From Podarcis pityusensis (taxonomy: Eukaryota): a stretch of 64,000 nt of DNA. The notes below the pieces were generated by a model. It had not been told where the DNA came from and made no database searches. It saw only the letters and a list, made by a program, of their open reading frames with translations. Location of the stretch: assembly GCA_964106645.2 (NCBI GenBank), contig OZ078259.1, one strand, 5' to 3'. Position 1 is the first letter of the stretch. Each line of letters opens with the position of its first letter. The position numbers and the translations under genes were made by a program. Below are positions 12,546 through 25,428 of the stretch, piece after piece.

Positions 12546-13654
12546 AGATGCACAGCTGAAGTTAATATTGTCACAACACTCTCCACTCAGTTTTACCACC
12601 TAATATCTTTCATTTCTATTGCTACAGCACAACTTTGGTTGTTGGTAAGATGCAAGACAGTTTAGAATGTGTACTTGAACTATGTTTAGGATAAAGCATG
12701 GTTGTCAGCTTTCCAGTTGCACATGAGCCTTCTTCAGGTCTGAATCTACAGAGTTCTGTATCACTCCAAAATTAATTGCTGTACACTATACACCTGAATT
12801 ATTTTGGATCATTCCTGTCTTTGTGTGTGTGATGAATTTGCAAATAATATTCTCTGAAACCCATCTTCAATAGCTGTATTGATGCTCAGCCCTGTTCCCA
12901 TTTTTCCAAGACCTCAAAACCATTTTGATTTCTGCATTGATTATACTGCTACAACATGCTGATAACTGACACCATACATTTATGCCAGAAGTATTATGAG
13001 TATTATATTACCATGCAAATAAAATTCAGAACTGAATGTGCATTACAACAAATCCCACCAAATATGAATGCTTCATAGAATTAATTCTGTGCATCCTTAA
13101 CTGTGCTGAATAAATTGCTAACAAGTATTAAATTAACTGTTACAATCAAATTACCCCATTTACCACTAATGACAGATACAATGAGCTTGGCATTTCAATG
13201 TGGGCCATTTCCACCCTGGAAATTTGGAATTTAGCTATCCAACTGCACTTCTGGAGATACTGCTGACAAAGAGAAAAACAATCTTAATAGTGTAAAAATC
13301 ACAGAGTATTTGTCACTTGCATTTTAGACTGGGGAGTGGGGGGGAGAGAAATTGTTGAGGAGACTCATTATTTAAGCTTCAAAGCACCTGTGGATTGAGT
13401 ATTAATTCTTACTATTGTTTTCAGAAAGGTCAGTGGAGCTAAACAGCAGTTGCACAACATGGTCTATTGAGCCTGTGATGCATCCATATATATTATTACC
13501 CATTGACAATCACCCATTGAAGAATTGAACAGCAACTTGGAGCATGCCGTTTTAAGAAAAAACTAGCCCACACCAACCAAAGGACCAACTCCCAGTTAAT
13601 ACTATGTACAAACCATCTCAATTTATGCTTTGAGATGTTTTGTTTTCAGGGGGC

Positions 13655-14650
13655 CCACTAGGGGGCGCATTGGAAGATGGCTGACAATAACATCTCTCCG
13701 ACCCACACGAGGTAATTTGGAGGCTATGATGGGGGTAATTAGCCTCCTTAACCCCCCCCCCAGGATTGTGGGGGGGGGCGGCCCTTGCCTGCTGTGCCCT
13801 ATACCACCTCCGAATTTGTGGGGGTGGGGGCACTAGGCACAAAGCCCTCCTGTGGGATTTCGGCACTCCTGGACGCCGTCCCTGATTCGTGCCACTAGAT
13901 GCAAGAACTTCAAAAGAAACAATTTGGATGAAAGGAATGCACATATTTCAAGAAAGAAGGGGGAGTAAAGACTGCTAACAGAAGAGATCTCTGACAAAAC
14001 AAGATAAGAATAAAACATGAGAAGATACGCCAAGACAAGGTACGGCAAATGACTGATGGGGGAGGGGGAAAAACTCTCCCTTCTTTCCCTATGTGATTAA
14101 ACAAGAATCCCCTCCCCTCACGAGTCAGAAATGTCGTTTTAAGGACTTAAGCTGTGGATTTAAGGCTGTGTGGAGATAAACTTTCGAACCAAAGCACGTT
14201 TTAAGAAGAGCATGGAATGTGTAAGAGCTCTGGAATGACGCAGTTAAAAATGCCGTCGCCATATTGGGAAGTTCTGTCAGAGGTCTTGAGTCTGGGAGGA
14301 GAAAGAGAGAAATAGAGCTGTTTATATATTGTGGGTTAAACTCCTCAGTGGGACTTAAGAGCAACAGTTTTACGAGACTATGATGGAAAGAGTGATGTTA
14401 TCTATGAAGGAGATGATATATGGAAACCATCTCGATTTGAGGATTGGAAGAACGGAAAATTCACACCGGACTATTATTACTATTGGTGTTTATCGGCTTA
14501 AGGAGACTATCAGAAGAGATCATAAAGAAAAAAGAGAAAATATATGAACAAGATGTGATGTGGAAACAACAAGATGGGATAGAATTATGAACTCTGTTTG
14601 GACTGATTTGGACTGATTGGGACATTAACGCAGCAGCAAGAAGATGATCA
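13655..14650 (+). mobile_element. Putative L1-clade LINE 5' end (5'UTR), 3'-truncated
   Basis: Starts GGGGGCGCATTGGAAGATGGC (YY1-like AAGATGGC after a G-run, as in L1 5' ends). GC/CpG-rich hairpin-forming start, then A/G-rich sequence. No intact ORF. Confidence 0.45.
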
Positions 14651-15619
14651 GAATCCCCCTTCACTCTGCTCACTCTGGGACCAATTCAACAGTTTCACCT
14701 GTATGCCCCTCTTGTTGGAAGTGGGGTGTCTTTAATTCCACCAGGATTGTTGTTTGCTGTAGTTGCTAATGATGAACTGCAATGGTAATGTGTGAATAAA
14801 AAACAGCAATATCACTTTACAGTTTGAAAATGCAAACAGAAGTTGATATGGCGGGGGGGGGATACTCTAGTTATCTCAATAAACCTCAATTAGTCAAGGA
14901 GAAGATATTTTGCCTAAAGGAAGCCATTTTTATGAAAAAGAAAAAAGAGCTTACAACAATCTCCCCCCAAGTTTTTGTATCTGAATTTCCTAGTACAAAT
15001 TGCTTCTGCTGTAACTTTGGCAGTGAAGATAAATTGTACATTATGCTATAAGTAGACTAGTTCAATGGGTTCTTTTGCAAATTCAAAATCTGAATTCTAG
15101 GAAAGGTTTTCTGCTCGAGTTAAGTAATTTTCCACAGGTGAAAAGATATTTGATGGTGATGGTGATGATGATGATGATAAAATGACTACTTTGGATTGTC
15201 CCCTGCACTATGCATAAGCTGCTTATTAAATGGAGAGTTCCATACAGCAAATAACTGGGAAGTATTACTAGAAATATGATTATCTGGACAATACATGCAA
15301 TCATTATTTGATGCATCAGCATAGAATTGATGCATGCATCGTCCAGGCAATATACATAGCCTCCAAAATATATTAGAAGATGCATTTCATGCATCTAATT
15401 ACAAATGTGGATCATGCCCAAGTGGAGAACATGCATAGTAGCCAGATAATGTATCTAATATTATGTTTATACTATGAAATCACATATATTCAATAAAATA
15501 ATTTGGAGACTATAGAGAATGCCATGTAAATGTATCAAATATACCTTTATGCTGTTCAATTGTGAACATTTTTCACATTGTCCAATGAATCTGAATAATG
15601 GTTGGTCACATTTTCCTGG

Positions 15620-16470
15620 CAACGTACACACATTTATTCTACCGCAATGTATCGCCCTTGGTAAAGCGTGTTCTCCTTCATGGAGAGCACATGTTGCGGT
15701 GGGGGCTAGCAAGACACCCCGCTGTTGTTTGGCGGGAAAGAGTTTGGCCACCATTAGCAGAGGGCTGGCTGTTTCTGGGGAGTATTATATGTTGCCATTT
15801 ATTTGATTGACAGCCCTATTTGTTAAATACTCTGCACGCAGTGACGAGCTTCCTCTTTTCGCTGGGTGCATCGGATCACCCGCCCTCCTTCCCCATTTTA
15901 GGCTGTTTGCTTGACCTTGCTATGCCTGTCATGGGGTCGTGGGCTTTGGGGCAGGGGCCCAGTAGGAATTTTGTCCATTTGGCTGATTAGCGTGTGCCAT
16001 TTGGTTTTTGCCTACTGCATAGCAAATCGTCACAACTTGTAAGGTTGCGGTTAGGCATTGGTTTGGGAATTGGTTGGTGGAGGGGTATGGATTTGGCTGT
16101 GCCTGCCCCTCCAAAAGTGCTGCTGCTGCAAGGGTTTTCCGTTAAAGGAACCCAGGGGTTCGCCATGCTTTTGCCCGAACCCTGTCAAGGGGCTAGGGCC
16201 ACGCAAGAGCCCCTGGGAGCATTTGGGGAGAGGTGAGGCATGGTTCCCAGTCCTGTCTCTCTCCCTGGGTCTTACCCTTTTCTGACTTCGCAGGCGTGCG
16301 AATGTCAGACTATCCCCGTGCGGGGTCAGATAGTCGCAACCAATGCCTAAGCAACCACTCACATTGCTTGTAATTTAATAAAGTTGTGGCCAAAATTATG
16401 CCAAAAAACATAAACAAAAAGAATGTGTCACTTGTGTTTTATTGGGGGGTTTCTTGGGGACCCCGACACA
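15620..16470 (+). mobile_element. Terminal-repeat remnant of a retrotransposon, DIRS/Ngaro (tyrosine recombinase)-like
   Basis: CpG-retaining GC-rich block. TTAAATA ... CCTCTTTTCGC promoter-like start, AATAAAGTTGTGGCC polyA region, GT-rich end. No clear TSD. The family call is recognition from memory. Confidence 0.5.
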
Positions 16471-16539
16471 CAACTCTTGCTTTGCAGGCTTCTTCAGATT
16501 CTGAAACTGCCCATTTGGGGCAGATAAGGAAACAAGATG

Positions 16540-16760
16540 GGTCACATACACTTAAACCACTCTTATACCACTTTAACTGTCATTACTTTCTCTCAAGGAA
16601 TCCTGGCAACAATAGTTTGTTAATGGTGCAGAGAGTTGGAAGTAGGCCCACAAACAGTTGCAATTCCCAACATCTTTAATAGTTTCCAGGACTTTTGGGG
16701 GCAAGCCACAACTGTTTAAAGTGGTATAAGAGTGCTGTAAATTAATGCTGTGGATGTCAC
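16540..16760. mobile_element. Harbinger-like palindromic MITE, internally deleted
   Basis: cactcttataccactttaa ... tttaaagtggtataagagtg inverted arms. Confidence 0.6.
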
Positions 16761-17499
16761 TATGGATTCAGGGGACCCCCCCCCCAACTCTCATATGGAT
16801 ATATATCTTGTGTATATGTAATATGTGTTTGGATAGCATATACCTTTTACTCTTAAGGATGCTCTGTCACTGTTGTTCTGATATCAGATGGGTGCAAAGT
16901 TCTTGCATATGAATGGGCATTGAGAAAGTACTGGCTTCAGAAGTGAACGTTGCCATAAATTTTTGTTTCTGACACTTATACAGCCAGGCACTAATCTCAA
17001 TGTTCGCCATGTGCAAAGTAGCAAGAGCTATAAATGTTATTACATGCTGCTCATCAATATGCAAAGGTGAACTTGTATTTTCTTTGCACATTGTCTTTGC
17101 CAGCTGATGGGCTGCTTAAACTGCCTTCAGCTCAAAGCACAGAGTAATGCGGCTTTCCCCCCTTTTTCTTTCTTTCTCTTTTTACACGGCTCCGCTATGG
17201 AATTGATCTATAAATTAGATGGCTATACTTAAACGAAAATGAATGACACAGGGCAGTTCAGCCCTTCCCTGTGGACTATGCTTCTAAATGTGGTTAAAAT
17301 GCTGTGTTTGGCCTTTAAATTATGAAATGTGCATTTCTTCAACACTTCAGGCAGAAACCAAAACCTATTTCAAAACATGTCCATGTATAGAAAAATCAGC
17401 ATTTCTGTATTCTAAAGGAAGTACCGTGCATTGTTTAGACTGGCAGGTTCACAGTTCAAATCTCACCTGAGTCATGAAGTCAACAGAGCCATATTCATG

Positions 17500-17800
17500 C
17501 CATACATTTAAAACACTATGATGCCATTTTAAACAGCCATGGCTTTCCCCTAAATAATATGAGAGATGTAGTTTCTTAAGCGTGCTGAAAGTTTTTAGGA
17601 GAACCCTATTGCCCGCACAGAGCTGCATTTCGCAGAATTCTCTATGAAGAGGGATTGATGGTTTAACCATTCTGGGAATTGCAGCTCTGTGAAGAGAATA
17701 GGGGTATCCTAGGAGCTCTCAGTGCCATTAGCAAACTACAGCTCCAGAATTATTTGGGGGAAGCCATGACTATTTAGAGTGGTATCATGGTACTTAGTAC
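17500..17800. mobile_element. Harbinger-like palindromic MITE
   Basis: aaacagccatggctttcccc ... ggggaagccatgactattt inverted arms. Same family as 59155-59586. Confidence 0.65.
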
Positions 17801-17996
17801 TGGTGTAGGTCATAAACAAGACAGTATTTAAGAGTCTCTGACCTCTTCTTATGCACTCCCTAGGTTTCACAGGAAATGAGTCCATATAGCTACATATTGT
17901 TACCCTAGTTTTCAGACTGGAGTCTTTCCCAGCAGATGCTGAAGATGTGAACCTCATGTCTTACCACTAAATTAAGATCATTTCCACCATCTACAT

Positions 17997-18134
17997 CAGG
18001 TGTAGGGAATTTCTGGCCCACCAGTTATTACTGAACCTCATATCCCATCATCCCTGGTCCTTGGCCATGCTTCTCAGAGCTTATGGGAACTGTAGCCCAG
18101 CAAAATTGGAAGGGCCACAGGTTCTGCAGTCCTG
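17997..18134. mobile_element. hAT-Charlie/MER5-like MITE
   Basis: CAGG...CCTG termini, cccatcatccct core, TSD atctacat/atctacca. Confidence 0.65.
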
Positions 18135-18662
18135 ATCTACCATATGAGATTGATAATACCGGCCTAGCAATATATTTTACTTTGTCTATTTTACTTTGTC
18201 TATTGTGATTGACAGTAGCTCTCCAGTGTCCTAAGCAGAGGTCATTCTTAATCCCTCCACCAGAGACCTTTGTAGTGAAAATGACAAGGACTGAACCTCA
18301 GGCCTTAGATGTGCAAAGCATGTTTTCTATCTTTGAACTCTTCTGCAGTCCTTTGCAGGGTTGTTGTAAAGACAGCTGAAAGTGTGGACATAAAGGGTTT
18401 TGCATGATGAAAAAGAAGTGATATTTTTTTCAACACAGCAGAAGGCCTTGTCACTCAGACCCAGTTCATTCACATCTTGGGCAAATGATATTTTGGGACA
18501 AGATGCTCACTTCTAAATAAGCCTTTAAAATATCAGATAAGTATTCTTATCTTATCTATCACCTATGTATCATCTATCCTTTCTTCTACTGGTATAAGGA
18601 GCTTAGTATTTGTTCATATGTTTAGAAGTGAAAGGAAGAATTGTGAGGTCAGGCAATTAGAC

Positions 18663-18808
18663 CATAGAACTGTAAGGCTGGAAGGGACCCTGAGGACTAT
18701 CTAGTCTAGCCTCCTGCAATGTAGGAACATGCAGTTGTCCCATACGGGGATCAAAATTGCAGTCTTGGCACTATCAGCATCATGCTCTAATCCATTGAGC
18801 AATCAGGT
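18663..18808 (-). mobile_element. tRNA-Ile-derived SINE with CR1-type tail
   Basis: Reverse-complement homologue of 8795-9089 without the MITE insertion. Confidence 0.7.
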
Positions 18809-19080
18809 GTATGTGATTGGTATTAGAATTTCCAACAAATTCTGGACATAACTGGACATTATTAATGTGATTTTAGAAAACCATCCTGCTTGTTGTTCTA
18901 CTGAGTTGAATAAGAATTTATTCAGCTTCTGATTCTCTGATGTGTCAAATAACACAAGTATCATTTGTCCCAGAACCTCTTCTCTGCCTCAGTGAACTTT
19001 TTTCAGAGCACTGTGATAAATTCAAAGCTGATTGGAGGGGGGGGGGGACACATTGCCATAGTTGGGCTATGCACTAAGAG

Positions 19081-19484
19081 TAGGGATAGGTGAAGCCATT
19101 GATTTTGGCTCCTGTCAGTTTCTCAATTTTAAATTCTGTTCACCACATTTCTAAATCTGTTTACAAAATTTCCTCCTGAAAATTCATCATCATTTTAGTG
19201 CAAATTTCTGTATGCAGTTTTGCCAAACATGCAAGGTTTTGACAAATTTCCCCTGAGTTAATGCATTTGGGGTATGCATTAAATGTATGCATCTTTATGC
19301 CATTGTTACCCAAAAACAGGCATTTTTGTACAAATTACTTCACTGCAGAGCTGCATTACAAATTTCAGAGAAAGATGGATTTTGAAGGGTGGCTGTGTTT
19401 CAGTTCCTGTGATTGATCTGGACAGTGTGAATCAGGTAAGCTTGCCTTTAAATGTGAACTCAGTTTAGTTTCCCCTTATCCCTA
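19081..19484. mobile_element. Non-autonomous DNA transposon with TAGGGAT(G/A) TIRs (hAT-like)
   Basis: TAGGGATAGG ... CCTTATCCCTA. Homologous to 37006-37410 and to fragments at 28128-28800 and 46740-47092. Confidence 0.6.
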
Positions 19485-20425
19485 CCAAGCAGACCTGAAA
19501 ACCTTTAAGGCTTTCAGTGCTAATTTGACATTTCTGCTATAAAACTTGTTTTCCATGATTTAACCAACTCCCCATCAACAGAATGCTTCATAGGTATGGC
19601 TGTACAATAAATTTCCACTTAAACTATCTTTCCGCAATCCCTGGGTACTGAATCAATCACTTACTATTAGGAAGAGTCCCATCCATATGCTCCACTCAGA
19701 TGATTGATTTATATGAACCAAAGACACTTTTGGCTTTCCTTGCCACGTGTAAACATGAAATTAGCCAGCAAGCAGAATGAATTCAACTGTTTAATGCAAA
19801 GTACTATTAGACTCAAAGAAGGTCAACTTTCTGGAAAACAACACATTTAGGGGGTTTCCAATGACAGCAAAGAAATGCTTATAACCTTGGGGGACACACA
19901 CCAAAAGCTAGAACTTCAGGAAAGCACTATTAGATTTGTATTACAAGGGACAATCGCTGAAGTGACAAGCAACTTGAGAGCTTGTGATAACTGTGTGTAC
20001 ATCTTTAGGGCTTTCAAAATTGCTACTGTGTGGATTTCAAGCTGTGTTGGTCTCTGTGTGTGTAAGTGTTAAGGAGAGTAGGGAGAAGACAGGTTGCATC
20101 AGCATTGCTCTGAATGATATCCTCAGGTGTCTTGGGGACCAAACCCGCTGACTTGCTAAGTAGGTGGAGTGGTGAGATAATTAAGAGAAAATTAAAAGTA
20201 TTAAAATGATTTAACTCCATCTCTGGAAGTTTAAGGTTAGCATAGGGTTTAGCCTCATATTCTCAATGCCCACAGAGACCCCCCTCTCTAATAAAATACA
20301 GCAGATGTAAAACTAAATGAAATCTGAGCTTAAACGATCCCTCTTCACTCAAACAGCCTAAAGGGCTTGAGGCCAGCAAAATACACAATGCTCCATTGAG
20401 CTGGCCAAGACAAAAGGCAAAGCGT

Positions 20426-20459
20426 GTTTTGTTTTGTTTTGTTTTGTTTTGTTTTGTTG
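20426..20459. repeat. (GTTTT)n microsatellite
   Basis: Directly visible. Confidence 0.9.
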
Positions 20460-22404
20460 TGCGCAATGTAAGTGCTGATTTTATGTATAGGATCAACTGA
20501 AGCAGTGGAGCTATGTGAAACTGTGTGTGTATGTGTGTAGATGGAATTTTAAAAACTATTTCTATAATACAACACAGAGACCCCTTCTGTGCACAGTTAC
20601 GCATGTCACCAGGCAGCAATGATTGAAAATAAAGGAAACATTATAGACTAAACAAGGCCACAACTTTATTTGTTACAGTATATAGTCAGTGCTGGCATGG
20701 CATAAGATAAGGATCCATTTACCGGGGATCATTGTTTTGCAAAGTTGACAAGGTTTGGAAGTCCCCGCTATTACACAAGTCATCCGTGAAGGGCTTGGCC
20801 AGCAACATGGGGTATGCAGCAGAAGGCACTGGTTCTCTGAGCTGGGGCTGAGGCAATACCCCCAATACCCCACTTTCAGAGAACTCTCTAAACTATGGAT
20901 CCTGTCAAAGGCCCTCCCTCTCTAATTAAAGTTGTGACAATAAGAAATAGATAAAATGAATCACACTCTTACTAGGAGAATGGTAAAACCCTAACAGCCG
21001 TTAGCCAATTACAGCTGCAAGTAAAATTCATTTCCAACCTCCTACATCAGAGATGGGGGTCCTGTGCCCCCCCATATGTCTGATTATTGGCCACACTTGT
21101 GGGGGCTGATGTGAGTTGGAGTTTAACAACATCTGGAGGACCACCTCAATTTCCATCCTTTGTTCTTTATTCCCAATTAAAGTTCCAGTGTGATACTATC
21201 ACCTCGTTCAGATGTAACTATACTATTTATTAGGTTAGGGAAGAGTTGCTAATGTGATATGTTGAAAAACAATTATCTAATGAATGAACTAACAACTGTC
21301 TAGGCAGTGTTAGTGGCTCTTATCCAGCCCCAGGCTGCAGTGAACTAACTTCTCTACCATTGTGACCAATATTCCTTTGGGAGTTTGTCTGAAGGCAACA
21401 GTCACATTTACAACATTAAAAATACCTCATGGAAATGATCTGCAGTAAGCCTTGTTATTGCACCCTCCCTCCTCCTCTCCTTATCTAGTGTGGCTGAGAG
21501 GAGTTTGAAACCTTCCGCTTCTGTTTTAGACTAACCGCAGTTAAGTGTTAAAGTCTGAACATGGAAAAACTTTGATTACTCTTCAGCATGGATTCTTGAA
21601 ACAGACCAAATTCAAACCACAGTTTGCTCCGCTGTATTGTTTCATCACCTCATAGTTTAGTGCAGAACTCAGATGCAACACTAAACTGTGATTCATTGAA
21701 ATCAGGCACACACAAAAACCTTCTAATTTGCTCTTTGAAGCCACACTAGTGGAGAAGTGGTAGAAAGAACAGAGTGAGCCCAAGATTCATGCACATACAA
21801 ATTAACCATTTTTTAATCATTGCATCTGAACCAGACCAGTAAGACCTATCCCATGGCCAGGAAAGCCACATCAAGGAGCATTCACCAAGATTAGTTATGG
21901 AACTGTTGTGTAATATGGAAATATATGAAATACGTATGCCAATATATTTTTCAAAGAAAAAACAAGATATAATCGAAACAAATATAAGCAACACATTTAT
22001 AGAGTTTGGAAAATAAAGAGAAGTTGGATGCAAAATATACATACATGAGGGAACAAAGAACACCACAGCAGGAGCTGCTATGCGAAGAAGAAGAAGGCAG
22101 GGAGAGAAAGCAGCAGGGGATCCAAGCAGGAGGTAGAACAAGAAATGAGACAGCAGGTGGAAGGAAGGGCATGTGGCAAAACCATGTGGGTGGTTTGAAG
22201 ACAGAACAATTGGAGATGAGGAGGAGGAGAATGAAGAAAATCAGCTTCTGTTGCACTCCTATCACAAGAACATCTCAAATCATTAGACAAGGAACAAAAT
22301 CCTGAAATCTGTTCATGGAGCATAAAGGATTGCCTGCAGTGACTAAGGGTATGAAATTATAAGAAGGCATGTCCCCAATTTCCGAAGACAAAGCAACTGA
22401 AGGC

Positions 22405-22562
22405 TGCATGAAGAAGGTCCCAATTTCAGTCCCTAGTATCTCGAGGTAGGGCTGGGAGAGACTCCCTGCTTGAAATTCTGGAGAGCCACTGCTGATTGAT
22501 GTAGGCAGCAATGAGCAAGACTAACCAAAGGTCTGACTCAGTAAAAGGCAACTTCCTGTCTT
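22405..22562 (+). mobile_element. tRNA-derived SINE (same family as 3806-3975), 5' truncated
   Basis: gcatgaagaaggtccc ... gtagggctgggagagactccc ... ggcaacttcct. Confidence 0.7.
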
Positions 22563-23529
22563 TCCAGCCTCAACACAACTCAACGGCAAAACTGGATTTT
22601 CTGCAGTAAACACTGCACACCAGTTTGGCATATGAGCAGTTGACAGCTGGGAGAAAATGTACATGGAATCTCAATGTTCAGGAGCAGTACACTTTTGAAT
22701 ATGAGATGAAAGGGCAGGGTTGAAGCATTTAGTCAGCTACTGTTGGAAATAGAATACTAGATTAGATCAAATTTGGTACAAACCAGAAGGGGTGTTATGT
22801 GTAGCTTCTTTTCGTGAAAGTCAGCATTCCAACCCTGAGAAAGTGTTCAGAACAGCTGACCACCATCTCAATTGCACACAGAAAGTACCGATTCATGCAA
22901 TAAGGAAGTCAAATATTTATTGCAGTGGACATTCCAGATCTCTCATTCTCTTGCACAAGTTAATTTGGACATTGTGACACAATGCACTCATTAAAGTGAT
23001 TAGCATCTCCTGATCACAGCAGTATCTTCACTAACCAAAATGTTGAGTCAATGGCAGCTAATAAGAAAGGAACTTACAATGTAGAGGAGGAGGTCACTAT
23101 CAATACTGTCAATCTGTGTGGCAAGTCTCATAATGCCCATATGCTGGTGAATAGGGACAGGGCCTTTTCTATTATGGAACCCCATCTTTGGATTTCCTTC
23201 CCCTGGGAGGTGTGCTCAGTTAGGATGAAGATTTAGGCAGGGGATTTGACGGCTGTGATCCAATTAAGGTTTTCTCACATAGGAACACTTATTGCATCTA
23301 GGGCCTAGATATATCCTACCTGTTGTGTATGGCAGTTTTGGGGGAAAACCAATTATAATCAAAAGCATACAGAAAAATACACATGCATATGAAAGAGTCA
23401 AGCCCTACACTGTACAGTATCTCTGCAGCAAATTACAAGTGTTATAATTTTAGCCCAAAAATGCACACATAACTTTTATGCAGTTATATGCAATCTTCTA
23501 TGTATCTGTTTATTTGCTGGTTATTTTGG

Positions 23530-24160
23530 ACATGGGAAGTGTGCCCCTGCTAGTTCAGTTGGACCTCTCAGCTGCTTTGATACCATCAATCATGGTATCC
23601 TTCTGGGCTACCTTGCTGGGAAGGGACTTGGAGGCCTTGTTCTACAGTGGTTCTGTTCCTACCTGGAGGAGCAAACCCAGGAGGTGATGCTGTAGGACTT
23701 CTGTTTGACACCTTGGCCATTGGCTTGTGGCGTCCCTTAGGGTTCTATTCTATCCCTCATGCTGTTTAACATTTATATTAAACCACTGGGAGAGCTTGTC
23801 CAGAGTTCTGTGTCATCGGTTCTGTGCTGATGACACCCAGCTCTATTTTTCCTTTTCACCTAACTCCAAGGAAGTTGTCTCAGTTCTAAATCGGTGTCTG
23901 TCATCAGTAATGGATTGGACAAGGGTGAACAAATTGAAACATAATCCAGACAAGACAGAGGTAGTTTTGGTCAGTCGGAAGACACAACAGGGAATAGGAA
24001 GACAAAGGTTTGAAGTTAGAATGTGCTTCTGGACTCAGGCCTGAGCTTGGATGTCCAGGTGTCTGTGGCCAGTTGAAGTTCATTCCTTGAGGTATCTGAT
24101 TTGGCCACAGTGACACACACCTTAATTACATCCCATTTGGATTAATATAACGTGCTCCAA
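23530..24160 (+). mobile_element. L2-clade LINE reverse-transcriptase fragment (pseudogenised)
   Basis: Frameshifted translation LLVQLDLSAAFDTINHGILL...GVP*GSILS..LFNIY...ADDTQLYFSF...LKHNPDKTEV gives canonical non-LTR RT motifs. Confidence 0.9.
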
Positions 24161-24486
24161 ATGGAGCATAGTTTAAAAACAAAAAACCTTCTACATGACT
24201 AGTTCAGTTTAATACCTGTGTTGTCATCATGGTTTTCCCCAAAGAATCCTGGGAATCAGTTTGGTAACTGTACCAATTTATATCCTTTCTCTCAGTTCAT
24301 ATAGATTCACATTCTTTCCCACAAAGAACTGCAATTGCCAATATTTCCTGAGGAAACAGTGTGATTAACCAGTTTTGGTCTGAGGTGTAAGCATGTATTG
24401 GGCCCTAGCTGGGTACTGCAACGGTCTCAATTTAAGCTAAATGTGTCCTTCATAGTAAGATAAATCAGAAACAGAGAGAAGGGGAG

Positions 24487-24490
<4 letters not shown>

Positions 24491-24529
<39 letters not shown>
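24491..24529. repeat. (CT)n microsatellite
   Basis: Directly visible. Confidence 0.95.
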
Positions 24530-24533
<4 letters not shown>

Positions 24534-25428
24534 ATAGTAGGGAACTTTTCAATTGCAAAGGGGTTGTTCATTTCATAAGGACAGTAGCAAGAGTCCAATC
24601 CCATACAAATCAGATAAAATGAAAGAAAGAACATAAGGGATGGTAGATACATATTTACAGAATCGAAGCCTTTTAGTCAGTTGGGGGGGGGGGACAAACC
24701 ACACACACACACTCCAAGCCACTGAGTTCAAAACAATTTAACCTTTCATCACAAGTCAAAATGACTGAATTGCAACAATTGCTGCCATTATCATGTGTCA
24801 CAATGTTCTTGGAGCACATTCAGAATAGTGATAATAATAAACAATAATATAAAAGAAAAGTTTGGTGAAAGTCAAGAGTTGGACACAGGGCATTGGGGCG
24901 GGGGAGTGTGTTTCTTCTAGCTAGTCAAAAATAGCAATGTTGAGGTGTTAATGAAGTGTTCTCTCAGCCCAGTTTCCTGCTTTTGGCTAGTATAAGAAAA
25001 AAGCGAGGGAAGTTGGATCACCCAGTTGGCAGATGGCCGAGCAACTGAGAAGATGAAGCATCTGGATGCTAAACAGGGAGTCTGAGAATGCTGCTTGAGG
25101 GAAGAGAGGGATGTACTTCTCTAGAGAGAAAAACTTCTATTCTATAGCTGGAGGAGGTCTGATGAGGAGGCTGGCAAACTGGAGAGTCCATTTTTTATAC
25201 TTCTGTGGCATAAACAGAACTAGACTATGACTTTCTAGATAACAAAAGACCTGACTTTATTATAATTAGGAGGGCACAGTAGTGCATTTGCCGTTGTCAT
25301 TATTGCCATTAACTCAATTTATACCTTGCTTTTTCCTCCTGAAGGAACTCGGTGTGGTAGACATAGCAATGATAAAACATTTTTTTTAAAACCAACTAAA
25401 AATAGTTAAAACATCTTAAAAACAATTA

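Noticed and set aside
17150-17190. Long polypyrimidine tract resembling a splice acceptor
   Set aside because: Ends in ACACGG rather than YAG, with no AG in the expected position.
21990-22240. Charged 99-aa ORF and hydrophobic antisense ORFs
   Set aside because: Purine-rich low-complexity DNA with no recognisable domain or convincing splice sites. The same applies to 49230-49760.
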